A stretch of 30,279 nucleotides of DNA from a virus (lineage: Duplodnaviria; Caudoviricetes), in the IMG/VR virus record IMGVR_UViG_3300010043_000009, positions 1 through 30,279 of that record; one strand, written 5' to 3'. Shown here piece after piece: positions 16,074 through 24,938 of this stretch (positions within the stretch are counted from its first letter, which is position 1; each line of letters begins with the position of its first letter). The position numbers and the translations under genes are program-made. Below the pieces are notes generated by a model. That model was not told where the DNA came from, did no database searches, and worked only from the letters and a program-made list of their open reading frames with translations.

Positions 16074-16586
16074 TTGAAGCGGCACAGAAAGTCCAAGTAC
16101 ACAACAGACAAGCGCAGGGACTATAACCTTCGTAGGCACTATGGGATCTCACTGGATCAGTTCGAACAGTTGCTACGAGAACAGGAGCTACGCTGTGCTA
16201 TCTGTGCCGTTGAGTTCTTCGAGCGTCCCCACGTGGATCACAACCATGCCACCGGTACTGTTCGTGGACTCCTATGTAGCAGGTGCAATACCGGAATTGG
16301 TCTCTTCCAGGACGACAAGATACTATTACTCTTAGCCGTTAAGTACTTACACGGTCATGAATTACGTCCGCGCACAACAATTGATAGACAGGGGCAGGGG
16401 CAAAGCGTCGTTACGACTGGGCCAGCCACACGACATATACCGTCTGGGGGACAACGCAGCGGTGAACTTTATCGATCCCCTGAACAAGGTCCAATCGGGG
16501 ATCTTGATGTTGCGGAGGCCTTCGAGGGCGGGGTCGATGATCGAGGGAACTCTGTTAACGGTGGTCCCATACGAGATAGTGGGTGA
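16074..16586 (+). CDS. Endonuclease VII-family (HNH-like) nuclease, probable free-standing homing endonuclease
   Basis: YGIS..EQELRCAIC..HVDHNHATGTVRGLLCSRCNTGIGLFQDD..YL matches the Endonuclease_7 pattern; domain ends near 16350. Confidence 0.9.
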   Translation: MKRHRKSKYTTDKRRDYNLRRHYGISLDQFEQLLREQELRCAICAVEFFERPHVDHNHATGTVRGLLCSRCNTGIGLFQDDKILLLLAVKYLHGHELRPRTTIDRQGQGQSVVTTGPATRHIPSGGQRSGELYRSPEQGPIGDLDVAEAFEGGVDDRGNSVNGGPIRDSG

Positions 16587-17124
16587 CTTCCGTGATTACT
16601 TGGTAGGCGACGTGTTTGTGCAGAACGATACCGTGTACGGATCGGGGCACACCTTGGTAACCTTCATAACACCGGAGATCGAGGCATTCTGTGTCGCGTT
16701 CCACGGACCTGTCAAGAAGACGGTGGCTGGTAGGATCGACAGACAGGTACAAATATATCGACCTCCCATTACTGACCCCGACGCCAACGATTATTGGGCT
16801 GCCGACCTCCAGGCGGCGTTTCCTCTCAAGCTTGTCAATGGGGTGTTCCAGTTTGGGGCCCTCGGCGAGTATCCGGCACTCATACCTTCTGGGTTCAGTT
16901 CACACATTCGAGCCCGAGGTGAAATCTTTCCTGATATACCTAGCACGACGGGTGAGCCGTTATATCTCATTTACGTGCCTCCCTTGCCGGGATATGAGCC
17001 ACGAGAGGGTGATAGGATCGTGGAGCAACGTGGTGCTCGCTATGTTGTCCACGTTCCGTTTGAGCAAGAAGCGGGACTCATCGGTATGCAGCTCGCTGTT
17101 ACACGAGAGGTGGCCCAGCTGTGA
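16357..17124 (+). CDS. Probable head-closure/neck protein
   Basis: Position; C-terminal REGDRIVEQRGARYVV resembles head-tail joining proteins. Confidence 0.6.
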   Translation: MNYVRAQQLIDRGRGKASLRLGQPHDIYRLGDNAAVNFIDPLNKVQSGILMLRRPSRAGSMIEGTLLTVVPYEIVGDFRDYLVGDVFVQNDTVYGSGHTLVTFITPEIEAFCVAFHGPVKKTVAGRIDRQVQIYRPPITDPDANDYWAADLQAAFPLKLVNGVFQFGALGEYPALIPSGFSSHIRARGEIFPDIPSTTGEPLYLIYVPPLPGYEPREGDRIVEQRGARYVVHVPFEQEAGLIGMQLAVTREVAQL

Positions 17125-17972
17125 CCGGTCGACAGGCAATGAACTTGTTGGTGGACCAGATTAAGACTGTGGTGCCTCCCACGGTCAAGGTTGGTATTGG
17201 TTGGCCACCAGAAACAACACTGCACAACTTGGCTCAGAACAAAGGGCAACTCATCAACGTGTATGATAGGAGCCACGCGACGAACGTTACGAGATGGGCG
17301 CCCTTTGTTGTGAACCAAGAGATCGTACAGACCCAGCTTGTCTCAACTCTATCGGGTAACACTATACCTCCCCTCGGCTCTGCCACTCTAACTCTGACCG
17401 GAACCATACAGGCTGATGACGCTGTCGCTCTGGTGGCGAAGTGGGTGATCACTAAGGAAGTCGGTGTGGTAGTAATTGCTACTGGGACCGTAGTGACACT
17501 CAATGATCTAGCTGCTGCGCTTGCCGCTGCCATTAATGCGGACGCCGAGCTGAGCCAGGTGATGACGGCCTCTTCTTTGGCTAACCTGGTAACCCTCACT
17601 AGCACTATCAACGACCACACGATTGTTTTGGCCACACGTACGGCTAACCAGGGCGTACAGGATTGGGAGGTGAGGCGTATACAGAGGCACATGCAGATTA
17701 TGGGTTGGGCTGCCACACCTGATTTGAGAGATCAGCTGTGTGATCCCATCACCACGTTGTTTAGCAAGTTGAGTGCGAACTTCGGCCTGCAGGATCCGAA
17801 CACAATGCAGTGGTCCAGGGTAATATACCAGGGGGACATATATGTTGATGATCCCGTGCTGCAGGACCTGTACCGGAAGGACATGTTTGTAGATGTTGAG
17901 TATGGGGAGACGTATCGTGACTTCGTCTACCCTGTGCTTGTAGCAGAGTGTACCAAAGGGTTGCTCGCTTAA
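17121..17972 (+). CDS. Probable tail terminator/completion protein
   Basis: Immediately before the sheath; GWP and LYRKDMFVDVEY motifs; inserted LAAALAAAIN module. Confidence 0.6.
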   Translation: MTGRQAMNLLVDQIKTVVPPTVKVGIGWPPETTLHNLAQNKGQLINVYDRSHATNVTRWAPFVVNQEIVQTQLVSTLSGNTIPPLGSATLTLTGTIQADDAVALVAKWVITKEVGVVVIATGTVVTLNDLAAALAAAINADAELSQVMTASSLANLVTLTSTINDHTIVLATRTANQGVQDWEVRRIQRHMQIMGWAATPDLRDQLCDPITTLFSKLSANFGLQDPNTMQWSRVIYQGDIYVDDPVLQDLYRKDMFVDVEYGETYRDFVYPVLVAECTKGLLA

Positions 17973-17981
17973 GGAGTCGAG

Positions 17982-19613
17982 ATGCCAACCATAGTCAACA
18001 GTGCAACTTTCAATCCTGCGGCGCTGCAAGCCGACGATCTGTACATCGTCATTCAACCGCCTCCGTCATTTATTGCTGGTGTGCCGAGTGATGTGTTTGG
18101 GGTTGTTGGGACAGCGTCGTGGGGACCAAAGAACACACCCATACTCTTGGGTTCACCGGCCGATGGATCTGCTGCCTTCGGTCCTATGACCTTAGAATCA
18201 GCTACGGACCCTCACGACATGCCGACCGACCTGGTACTGGCTTTCGCTCAGGCCTCAGGAGGTAGAGGCTCGTTGCAGGGATACGGCGTGAGGGTCACCG
18301 ATGGTACGGACGTCGCGGCTACGGTGCAGCTGAAGGATGTTGCGACACCTACTGCGGCCAATGGTCTTGAGGTAGACGCTCTGTACTCAGGCAAGCAGGG
18401 TAACAACATCCAGGTCGTGATCAGTACGGGAGGCAATACCAATAGCTGGACGGTCACGGTGGTAGGCTTCATTGGCTCAACCGCTGAGGTGTACCCGAAC
18501 ATACCGACAGCCGGCTTCTGGGCTGCCCTCAAGAACGCATTCGCCAACGGCCTCAGTGGTGTTCGTGGCCCGTCACAGTTGGTGAGGGGTGGAACCGTTG
18601 GAGCGAGTACGCTGGCACCGGCCACGGGAACGTTTACGCTTACTGGAGGTACTGACGGTCGAGCGGTCACTACGGCGAATCTTACCGGAAGCGACACGAC
18701 GGTACCGAAGACCGGAATGTATGCCCTCAGGTCGTTGATCCCGGCGGTGGGCGTGGCGTGGATAGCAGGCCTTACGGACTCGACTGCATATAGTGCCTTC
18801 GCCGCGTTGTGTGACGGTGAGGGCATGTTGGGTTTGTTGACTTTTACTACGGGTACTGACTCACAGGGTGTGGTCACAGCTAAGAAGGGATATGGCATAC
18901 TATCCTTCAACATAGCGTTCTTCAAGGACTGGTTGTATTTCTTCGACCCGGTGAACAACATCACGCGCCTCGTACCTCCTTTGGCCGTGGCTGGTGGTGG
19001 CATCTCGGTGTTGCGTCCATCTGTGTCACCCAGCAACAAGCAGGTGTATGGGATTTCGGGTACGGAGAGGTACAATACCACGACGGGAGCTATTATAGCC
19101 TACTCTACATCAGAAGTCGGTCTGTTGGAGTCGTCGGGTATCAATGTGATTTCGAATCCGATACCTGGAGGTCCTACGTTCGGGTTCCGTATGGGTGTCA
19201 ACTCGTCAAATGACCCGGTGACGTCACCCATCGAATACGGACGGATGACGAACTGGTTGGCGCAGTCGTACCTACAGTTCATGGGACAGGTAGTGGGTCA
19301 GTTGCAAAGCACAAGGCCAGACGACCCGCTGCGCTCATCGGTGAAACTGATGCTGGATGGGTTTCACCAGATACTCAAAGATAATTTGATGATCGATGAT
19401 TATCAGGATATCTGTGGTTTCCAGCAAAGTGGAAGTGCTCAGGCCGGGTACAACACACCGACTACCATCGCACAGCACTATTTGTTCGCCCTGGCCAAGG
19501 TACGGTACTTGGCTTCGGTGAAGTTCTTCATATTGGCGTTGTTGGGTGGCACAACGGTGGTGACTACGGCCAACAGCCTCGATGAGGCTCTGATCGCTCA
19601 GCAAGGAGTGTAA
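17982..19613 (+). CDS. Contractile tail sheath protein
   Basis: GVVGTASWGPKNTP, LTGGTDG, SPSNKQVYGI, GINVI motifs; 543 aa. Confidence 0.93.
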   Translation: MPTIVNSATFNPAALQADDLYIVIQPPPSFIAGVPSDVFGVVGTASWGPKNTPILLGSPADGSAAFGPMTLESATDPHDMPTDLVLAFAQASGGRGSLQGYGVRVTDGTDVAATVQLKDVATPTAANGLEVDALYSGKQGNNIQVVISTGGNTNSWTVTVVGFIGSTAEVYPNIPTAGFWAALKNAFANGLSGVRGPSQLVRGGTVGASTLAPATGTFTLTGGTDGRAVTTANLTGSDTTVPKTGMYALRSLIPAVGVAWIAGLTDSTAYSAFAALCDGEGMLGLLTFTTGTDSQGVVTAKKGYGILSFNIAFFKDWLYFFDPVNNITRLVPPLAVAGGGISVLRPSVSPSNKQVYGISGTERYNTTTGAIIAYSTSEVGLLESSGINVISNPIPGGPTFGFRMGVNSSNDPVTSPIEYGRMTNWLAQSYLQFMGQVVGQLQSTRPDDPLRSSVKLMLDGFHQILKDNLMIDDYQDICGFQQSGSAQAGYNTPTTIAQHYLFALAKVRYLASVKFFILALLGGTTVVTTANSLDEALIAQQGV

Positions 19614-19615
19614 CC

Positions 19616-20116
19616 ATGCCAGGTCCAGTAGCGTTTGGCATAAACGGCTCGTTCAACATCGGGCAGGATGTCTCTGTGGTCTGGCAGCACCTCGAATCTG
19701 GTGTTGTGATACCTGCCTCGGCGTTTGGGCATCTGATGGAGTTCGATGCGAGCCAGGAAGACACGGTGTTGAAGATCATACCGATTACGGATGGTGGTCG
19801 GCCGAAGCTCAACACTGTGTACCACGGTTGGAGAGGGCACATGATGTTCACCCGCTTCAACGGAAACCTGACGGGAGTGTTGGGAACACTTGAGGCGAAC
19901 TTCTATAAGGCTCGGCAGCTCTCACACTGGAACTTCCAGGCGACTGTCCTGAACCGCGATGGCACAACTGATCAGTACCTGTGGGTGAATGGTGTAGTGA
20001 CCGCGGGGACACAGGGTAACTGGCGGAGTGACAAAGAGGTGGACATGCGCGTGGAGTTCCAGGCCGAGTCCATGCAAGTCACAGGAGGTGTTGGAGTACT
20101 GATTCCGTTATTGTAA
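19616..20116 (+). CDS. Tail tube protein
   Basis: 166 aa beta-rich protein directly after the sheath; AAGGAG RBS. Confidence 0.8.
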   Translation: MPGPVAFGINGSFNIGQDVSVVWQHLESGVVIPASAFGHLMEFDASQEDTVLKIIPITDGGRPKLNTVYHGWRGHMMFTRFNGNLTGVLGTLEANFYKARQLSHWNFQATVLNRDGTTDQYLWVNGVVTAGTQGNWRSDKEVDMRVEFQAESMQVTGGVGVLIPLL

Positions 20117-20140
20117 CAGTAACTTCGCGGAGGAAGTTAT

Positions 20141-20659
20141 ATGTCGACTACCATTAGAAGAGACGCTACGCCTCCTGAGGGAGCTGTGGACCTGATGAAG
20201 TCCCAGAATGAGGCGGACGCGGTTGGCCAGCAGTTAAGAGCTGCGGGCGGACAGTCACAGCCTCAAGATCTGAGGGAGGTGGCAAGGTCCAACGGGATAC
20301 CAAACCTGTTGGCCGAGTCAAGTGTGTTGCTGCAGGCACCAGATGGACGGTACATTGAGGTTGGTCCGCCCGCACAATCTACGGTGTTCATGGTCTCGAG
20401 GATACTGGGCTCTGCGCCGCATGTTGGAGAATCAACGCCTGCACTTGTGATGATGGATCATAACACTGTTCGGTCTCTGATGTATGTCAGAGCACTCGAT
20501 GGACAGATGATCCCAATGCCGACTACTTGGGCCGATACAAATGCCATAGCTAACTTGTTGGGAGACGTTGGCGTGGACCTTGTAATTGCCGCTGTGTCTA
20601 AGTTCTGGCGGCTGGCCACAGTAGAAGACCTCCCGGTCATAAAAAAAAATCTGCGATAG
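20141..20659 (+). CDS. Tail assembly chaperone (G-like)
   Basis: Between tube and tape measure; ends in an A9 run (20641-20649). Confidence 0.75.
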   Translation: MSTTIRRDATPPEGAVDLMKSQNEADAVGQQLRAAGGQSQPQDLREVARSNGIPNLLAESSVLLQAPDGRYIEVGPPAQSTVFMVSRILGSAPHVGESTPALVMMDHNTVRSLMYVRALDGQMIPMPTTWADTNAIANLLGDVGVDLVIAAVSKFWRLATVEDLPVIKKNLR

Positions 20660-20834
20660 TGCAGAGTTCAGAGAGTGCGTTGAGGCCACAGAAGGCCGGT
20701 TGTCATGGATCGACGCTGTGACGATGCACCCTTTGGAGCGACGGGCCTTTCTCATCACGAAGAGGTTGATGTCGGGGTCTGAAAGAATGGATTGGGATAC
20801 AGGTAAGTTCGTCCGTGGCCCGAAACAAGAATAG
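20649..20834 (+). CDS. Frameshift extension of the tail chaperone (T-like), 61 codons in the +1/-2 frame
   Basis: ICDSAEFRECVEATEGRLSWIDAVTMHPLERRAFLITKRLMSGSERMDWDTGKFVRGPKQE*; no own start or RBS; fills the gap. Confidence 0.7.
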   Translation: MCDSAEFRECVEATEGRLSWIDAVTMHPLERRAFLITKRLMSGSERMDWDTGKFVRGPKQE

Positions 20835-21804
20835 ATTCGCCCGAGGCCTGACGCCTAGGATCATGGGCATCCAGGGCTTGCCGATGCACTATGTGCCGTC
20901 GGTGTCCGAAGATCCTAGGTGGCACTTCCAATGGAGATCACCGAGGTCGTTGTATCCAGCCCTTGGGAATGTGCGTTGGGTACCTCCCAAGGGTGCACCG
21001 AGGCCTAAGGTATTTTCCAAGGGCTTGACATTTTATGAACGGGTGCCGGGACAGAGACCTAGGTTCCTGTTTAGGATGCCAAGGAACTATGGTGCTGAGC
21101 GCCATTTGATCGAGTCTGGTCCTATTAACTTTCTGGTTACGTTCTTCGAAGATGTAGTGCCCAAGCGCCTGAGGATGAACCTGGTCAATGATTTGCACAA
21201 CATGGGGCAGGCAATAGTTAATCATGCGAAGGGGATGCTGGGCCATTATAATCCTGGGTGGCCGGCACTGTCTCCGAGAACGGTTGCTATTGCTGGTGCG
21301 GATAGCCCGTTGCTCCGTACAACCGATTTGTACAAGTCTATTTACTACGTTGTTGATGAGAGCGCTCTTGTTTGTCGTATTGGTAGCAACAACCTTTATG
21401 CTGAGTTCCACGAACTTGGTACGGCTCATGAGCCTCCTCGTCCCTTTCTACGGCCTTCGATTGAGGCCATAGCTAAGAAGGATTTACCGTTGTCCCTGAA
21501 GAGGGCGTTAGGTGTTTCCTTTGAGGTAGAGCGCACAGCCGAGATCTTGCCGGGTAACGTTGATCCCTTCAACATGCCTAAGGACTCTGCCATATTCACT
21601 ACCATCTCATCGTTGCCCTTGTTGGGTCATGAGTTTAAGACGTTTAAGAGGGAGAAGGAGTTCTCTCCGTTCCTGAGGCCTGGAAGCCCGGAATGGGGAG
21701 AACCGCCAACTAGGTATTCGAAGACCCTAGGCCGTTACAGTACGGCTAGCCCGAGGGACATATTGAGGGGCCAGGTTACCAAGAGAAGAACTAGGTGGCC
21801 GTAG
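20815..21804 (+). CDS. Virion morphogenesis protein (Mu gpG / P2 gpS / HK97 gp10-like domain) with long basic extensions
   Basis: WPALSPRT..PLLRTTDLYKSI..IGSNNLYAEFHELGT..PPRPFL. Confidence 0.8.
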   Translation: MARNKNRFARGLTPRIMGIQGLPMHYVPSVSEDPRWHFQWRSPRSLYPALGNVRWVPPKGAPRPKVFSKGLTFYERVPGQRPRFLFRMPRNYGAERHLIESGPINFLVTFFEDVVPKRLRMNLVNDLHNMGQAIVNHAKGMLGHYNPGWPALSPRTVAIAGADSPLLRTTDLYKSIYYVVDESALVCRIGSNNLYAEFHELGTAHEPPRPFLRPSIEAIAKKDLPLSLKRALGVSFEVERTAEILPGNVDPFNMPKDSAIFTTISSLPLLGHEFKTFKREKEFSPFLRPGSPEWGEPPTRYSKTLGRYSTASPRDILRGQVTKRRTRWP

Positions 21805-23952
21805 ATGGCTGAGCTTCTAAGAGTTGGGGTGTCGCTCTATCTCGTAGACAGGATCTCTTCTGATCTACGGAGGGTGGCGTTCTCTATGCGTGGGTCCGCT
21901 GAGGATGTGGACCTATTGACCCAGCGCATTTCGCTGTTGCAGGGAGTGATGACCGCCAAGGGTGCTTGGAGGGAAGCCCAACAGGTACAGTCTCGCTACA
22001 TGGCCTCGATACGACAAGAGCGTGCGTACCTGGCCAGGGAGATCGAGATAACCAAGAGGAAAGGCCCGGCCCTAGGCTTTGGTGCACGCGGCGCTGGACA
22101 GATGACATATGCACAGTACATGTTGCCGGGGATGATAAGGCGCTCCGAGGAGATAGAGTCTGAGATCAATCGGTTGGGAGGTAACGTAGCTAGGGCCGAG
22201 ACAGCGTACGCCCAGACATCGATGAAGCGGCTGGAGGCGTTTGAGAAGGAGAACGCCATACAAGAAAGGCTGTTGGCCGCACAGAGACAACAAGAGTCCC
22301 AGAGGCTGCAACAGATGGCCGGTGTCTCGGAACAGAACGTGTTGATGGGTATGGGATTGATGGCTGTGGGCCGAGGGATATTGAGTTTACCTTTGGGGGC
22401 GGAGAGGGCGTATATGCCCATCGGGCAACAGTTAGCCATGGCGCAGCTTGTGGGACCGATGACGCCTGCACAGTCCGGGCAGTTGTTCGATATGGCACAG
22501 CAGATAGCCGGAGCTGCTGGTATATTCAGGGCGACTAACGTGATTGGGATTGGCCAGTCGATGTTGCAGGCCGGTATGCCTGTGCCAGAGATGATGGCCA
22601 ACCTATCACGGTTTACTCGTATGTCTGAGGTGTTGAGTTTGATGAACCTCGGACAGCCCGAGGAGATTGCCTCGGAGATGACTAAGCTGTCTAGGATACT
22701 GGGTGTACGTCCTGGGAAGGGAATGGAGGATATTACCCAGAGGATCTTTGGTGTGGCAATGCACACCGGGACTCCTGTGCCACAGCTCTTGACGCAGATA
22801 GCCAGTGTAGCACAAGCCGCCAAGGTCATGGGCTTCAGTCCGGCCGAGATCGTGAGGTCTGTTGGTGCGGCTGAGTTGTTGGGCGCTAAGGGTGGCCTAC
22901 GGCCGGAGTTGATGGCTACGTTCTTGACCAGGATGATAGCTGGACAGCCCAAGGCTGCAGCTGCCCTGGCCAAGGGCCTCCACATTAGTTCCAAGGACAT
23001 ACATGAGATGGGTTCTCTCCAGAAGGCTCTGGAGACTGAGTACAATAAGAATCCACAGCGGTTCACAGCGTTCGCCATGTTGGCCTTTGGTGGAACTAGA
23101 GGTGTCCGCACTGCGTTGGCCCTGGCCCAGCCTGAGTTTGCAGAGGCTCTCAAGACCATAGACGATATGCTGGCAAAGACACCGGAGGTCAACCAAGCGT
23201 TTGCCACGATGATCAATACGTCGTCGAGCCAGTTGAGTCGCTTGGGTACCAACTTAGGGCAGGTAGCGGAGACCATTGGTAGGCAGGCCGATCCGGCCGT
23301 ACAGAAGTTCCTTACGCATCTGGCCGATGGTGCACAGAAGCTGAATGAGTTTCTGCAGGCGCACCCTGGGTTAGCGACCAATCTTGGAGTTACTGTACCT
23401 TCGATAGCTGGCGCCTCTATGCTTATGTGGGGTGGAGCTAGGCTACTTGGTGGTATTGCTCCTTGGCTGTTACCTTGGGGTGTAGGAGATGCGGCGGGCG
23501 CGGGCATCACTGCGGCTGGAGGGTTTACCTCCATGTTCGGTCTTAACATCGCGGCGGCGTTGGCGTTGGCGCAGCTTGGTAAGCACATTCCTGGTTTCGA
23601 GAACCTTGGAGCGCTAACGCCAGGAGGTGGAGGACTGAGTGGTTGGAGCCTGATGTTCGGAGGCAAGGGTGAGGGAGCGTTCCAGTTCGGGAGGGCGCCG
23701 GAGTATAAGTATGAGGAGAAGCTCCCAGACAAGTTGCATATGGCTCCTGAGGGCCGTGCAGGAGGATACGTACCGCCGATAAGCTTCCGTGACATACATG
23801 TGCATGTTGGGATGATCAAGGAGGCCATGCTGGATGATGTGAAGAGGGCGGTGATGGACGGGATACATAGGGCGATGTACAATGTGGGTACTCCTGGTGA
23901 AGGTATTACTCATGAGTGGCCGTTTACTTCTCCGGATACGGTGACGACATAA
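21805..23952 (+). CDS. Tail tape measure protein
   Basis: 715 aa, A/G/L/M-rich helical, hydrophobic C-terminal segments; canonical position. Confidence 0.88.
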   Translation: MAELLRVGVSLYLVDRISSDLRRVAFSMRGSAEDVDLLTQRISLLQGVMTAKGAWREAQQVQSRYMASIRQERAYLAREIEITKRKGPALGFGARGAGQMTYAQYMLPGMIRRSEEIESEINRLGGNVARAETAYAQTSMKRLEAFEKENAIQERLLAAQRQQESQRLQQMAGVSEQNVLMGMGLMAVGRGILSLPLGAERAYMPIGQQLAMAQLVGPMTPAQSGQLFDMAQQIAGAAGIFRATNVIGIGQSMLQAGMPVPEMMANLSRFTRMSEVLSLMNLGQPEEIASEMTKLSRILGVRPGKGMEDITQRIFGVAMHTGTPVPQLLTQIASVAQAAKVMGFSPAEIVRSVGAAELLGAKGGLRPELMATFLTRMIAGQPKAAAALAKGLHISSKDIHEMGSLQKALETEYNKNPQRFTAFAMLAFGGTRGVRTALALAQPEFAEALKTIDDMLAKTPEVNQAFATMINTSSSQLSRLGTNLGQVAETIGRQADPAVQKFLTHLADGAQKLNEFLQAHPGLATNLGVTVPSIAGASMLMWGGARLLGGIAPWLLPWGVGDAAGAGITAAGGFTSMFGLNIAAALALAQLGKHIPGFENLGALTPGGGGLSGWSLMFGGKGEGAFQFGRAPEYKYEEKLPDKLHMAPEGRAGGYVPPISFRDIHVHVGMIKEAMLDDVKRAVMDGIHRAMYNVGTPGEGITHEWPFTSPDTVTT

Positions 23953-24938
23953 TGGGCGCTGGTTTCGTAGGAACATATCTACCGGTCCCCTTCAATTTGG
24001 GATTTGGAGTTCTGGGCCAGATTCAAGCTCTGCAGCTCGGTGTGCACCTTGATTTTACTATAAGCCAGGGCACAAGAACAGGTACCGTCATTAATTTGAC
24101 GGGATTTGAGATCCCGGAGAAGCTCGAGCACGTCGGTGGTACGCATCGCCTCGCTGTGCATGATTTTCCTGGTGGTGAACGAACGTTCCAGATGATGGGA
24201 GCCTTCCCTGCGTTGCTTCGTTGGAGTGGAGTGCTGTTGGGTATTGGTACGGATGGCCTCACACCCTTGCAGAGAGCCACGAAGATGGACTTGATGCGCT
24301 GGCAGGGCGATCCCGTAATCGTGAACTACGGCGGTCAGTACACGTGGACCGGAATCATTACTGACTGGTCTGCTACCATAATGCACCAGACTCATATCAA
24401 TTACACCACTGAAGTCACAGTGTTGGAAGACAACAATCTCGCCATTGCACAACCTCCTACTCACACACCACAGGGTTTGTTCAGCAAGCTATACCAGGGC
24501 TTCTTACATTTCATGCAGGGCACACTACATTTCAGTGCAGCTACCGTAACGGCTATTGACAATTTCCTAAAGGCGATCAAGGACGGTCTTGGACCGGCGT
24601 TGGGAGTTGCCGCCAACATAGCACCAAACTTCGTGGCAGCTATCAACTCCACGTCTATTGTGGCTTTGAGTGCCCTAGTCTCGGAGGCTGGGAAGAGTGA
24701 TTTGACGGCGGTCCAGAACGCCAACGCGGCGACGTCGTTTGTGAAGAACATCACCAACAACGTGAATGGAGTCACTAAGCCCAACAAGGCCTTGGTGCCC
24801 AGTGTTAACCCACGCTTCACGTCGATGGCCACGACGCAGCTGGCCGATGCCAAGCGTTGGCCTGAGATTGCTGTGTTGAACGGTACGGTCGATGTGCAGG
24901 ACAAGGGCATCAAGTACGTGATGATACCGAAGACATAA
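23952..24938 (+). CDS. Tail tube initiator/baseplate protein (P2 gpU / Mu gpN-like, LysM-like C-terminus)
   Basis: TAATG coupling; LAVHDFPGGER near the N-terminus; LADAKRWPEIAVLNG at the C-terminus. Confidence 0.7.
   Translation: MGAGFVGTYLPVPFNLGFGVLGQIQALQLGVHLDFTISQGTRTGTVINLTGFEIPEKLEHVGGTHRLAVHDFPGGERTFQMMGAFPALLRWSGVLLGIGTDGLTPLQRATKMDLMRWQGDPVIVNYGGQYTWTGIITDWSATIMHQTHINYTTEVTVLEDNNLAIAQPPTHTPQGLFSKLYQGFLHFMQGTLHFSAATVTAIDNFLKAIKDGLGPALGVAANIAPNFVAAINSTSIVALSALVSEAGKSDLTAVQNANAATSFVKNITNNVNGVTKPNKALVPSVNPRFTSMATTQLADAKRWPEIAVLNGTVDVQDKGIKYVMIPKT

Noticed and set aside
16357-16586. C-terminal 76 aa of the endonuclease as a second domain
   Set aside because: Simply the alternative frame of the neck gene; no motif.
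21996-23882. 628-aa antisense ORF
   Set aside because: Shadow of the tape measure gene; no motifs or RBS.
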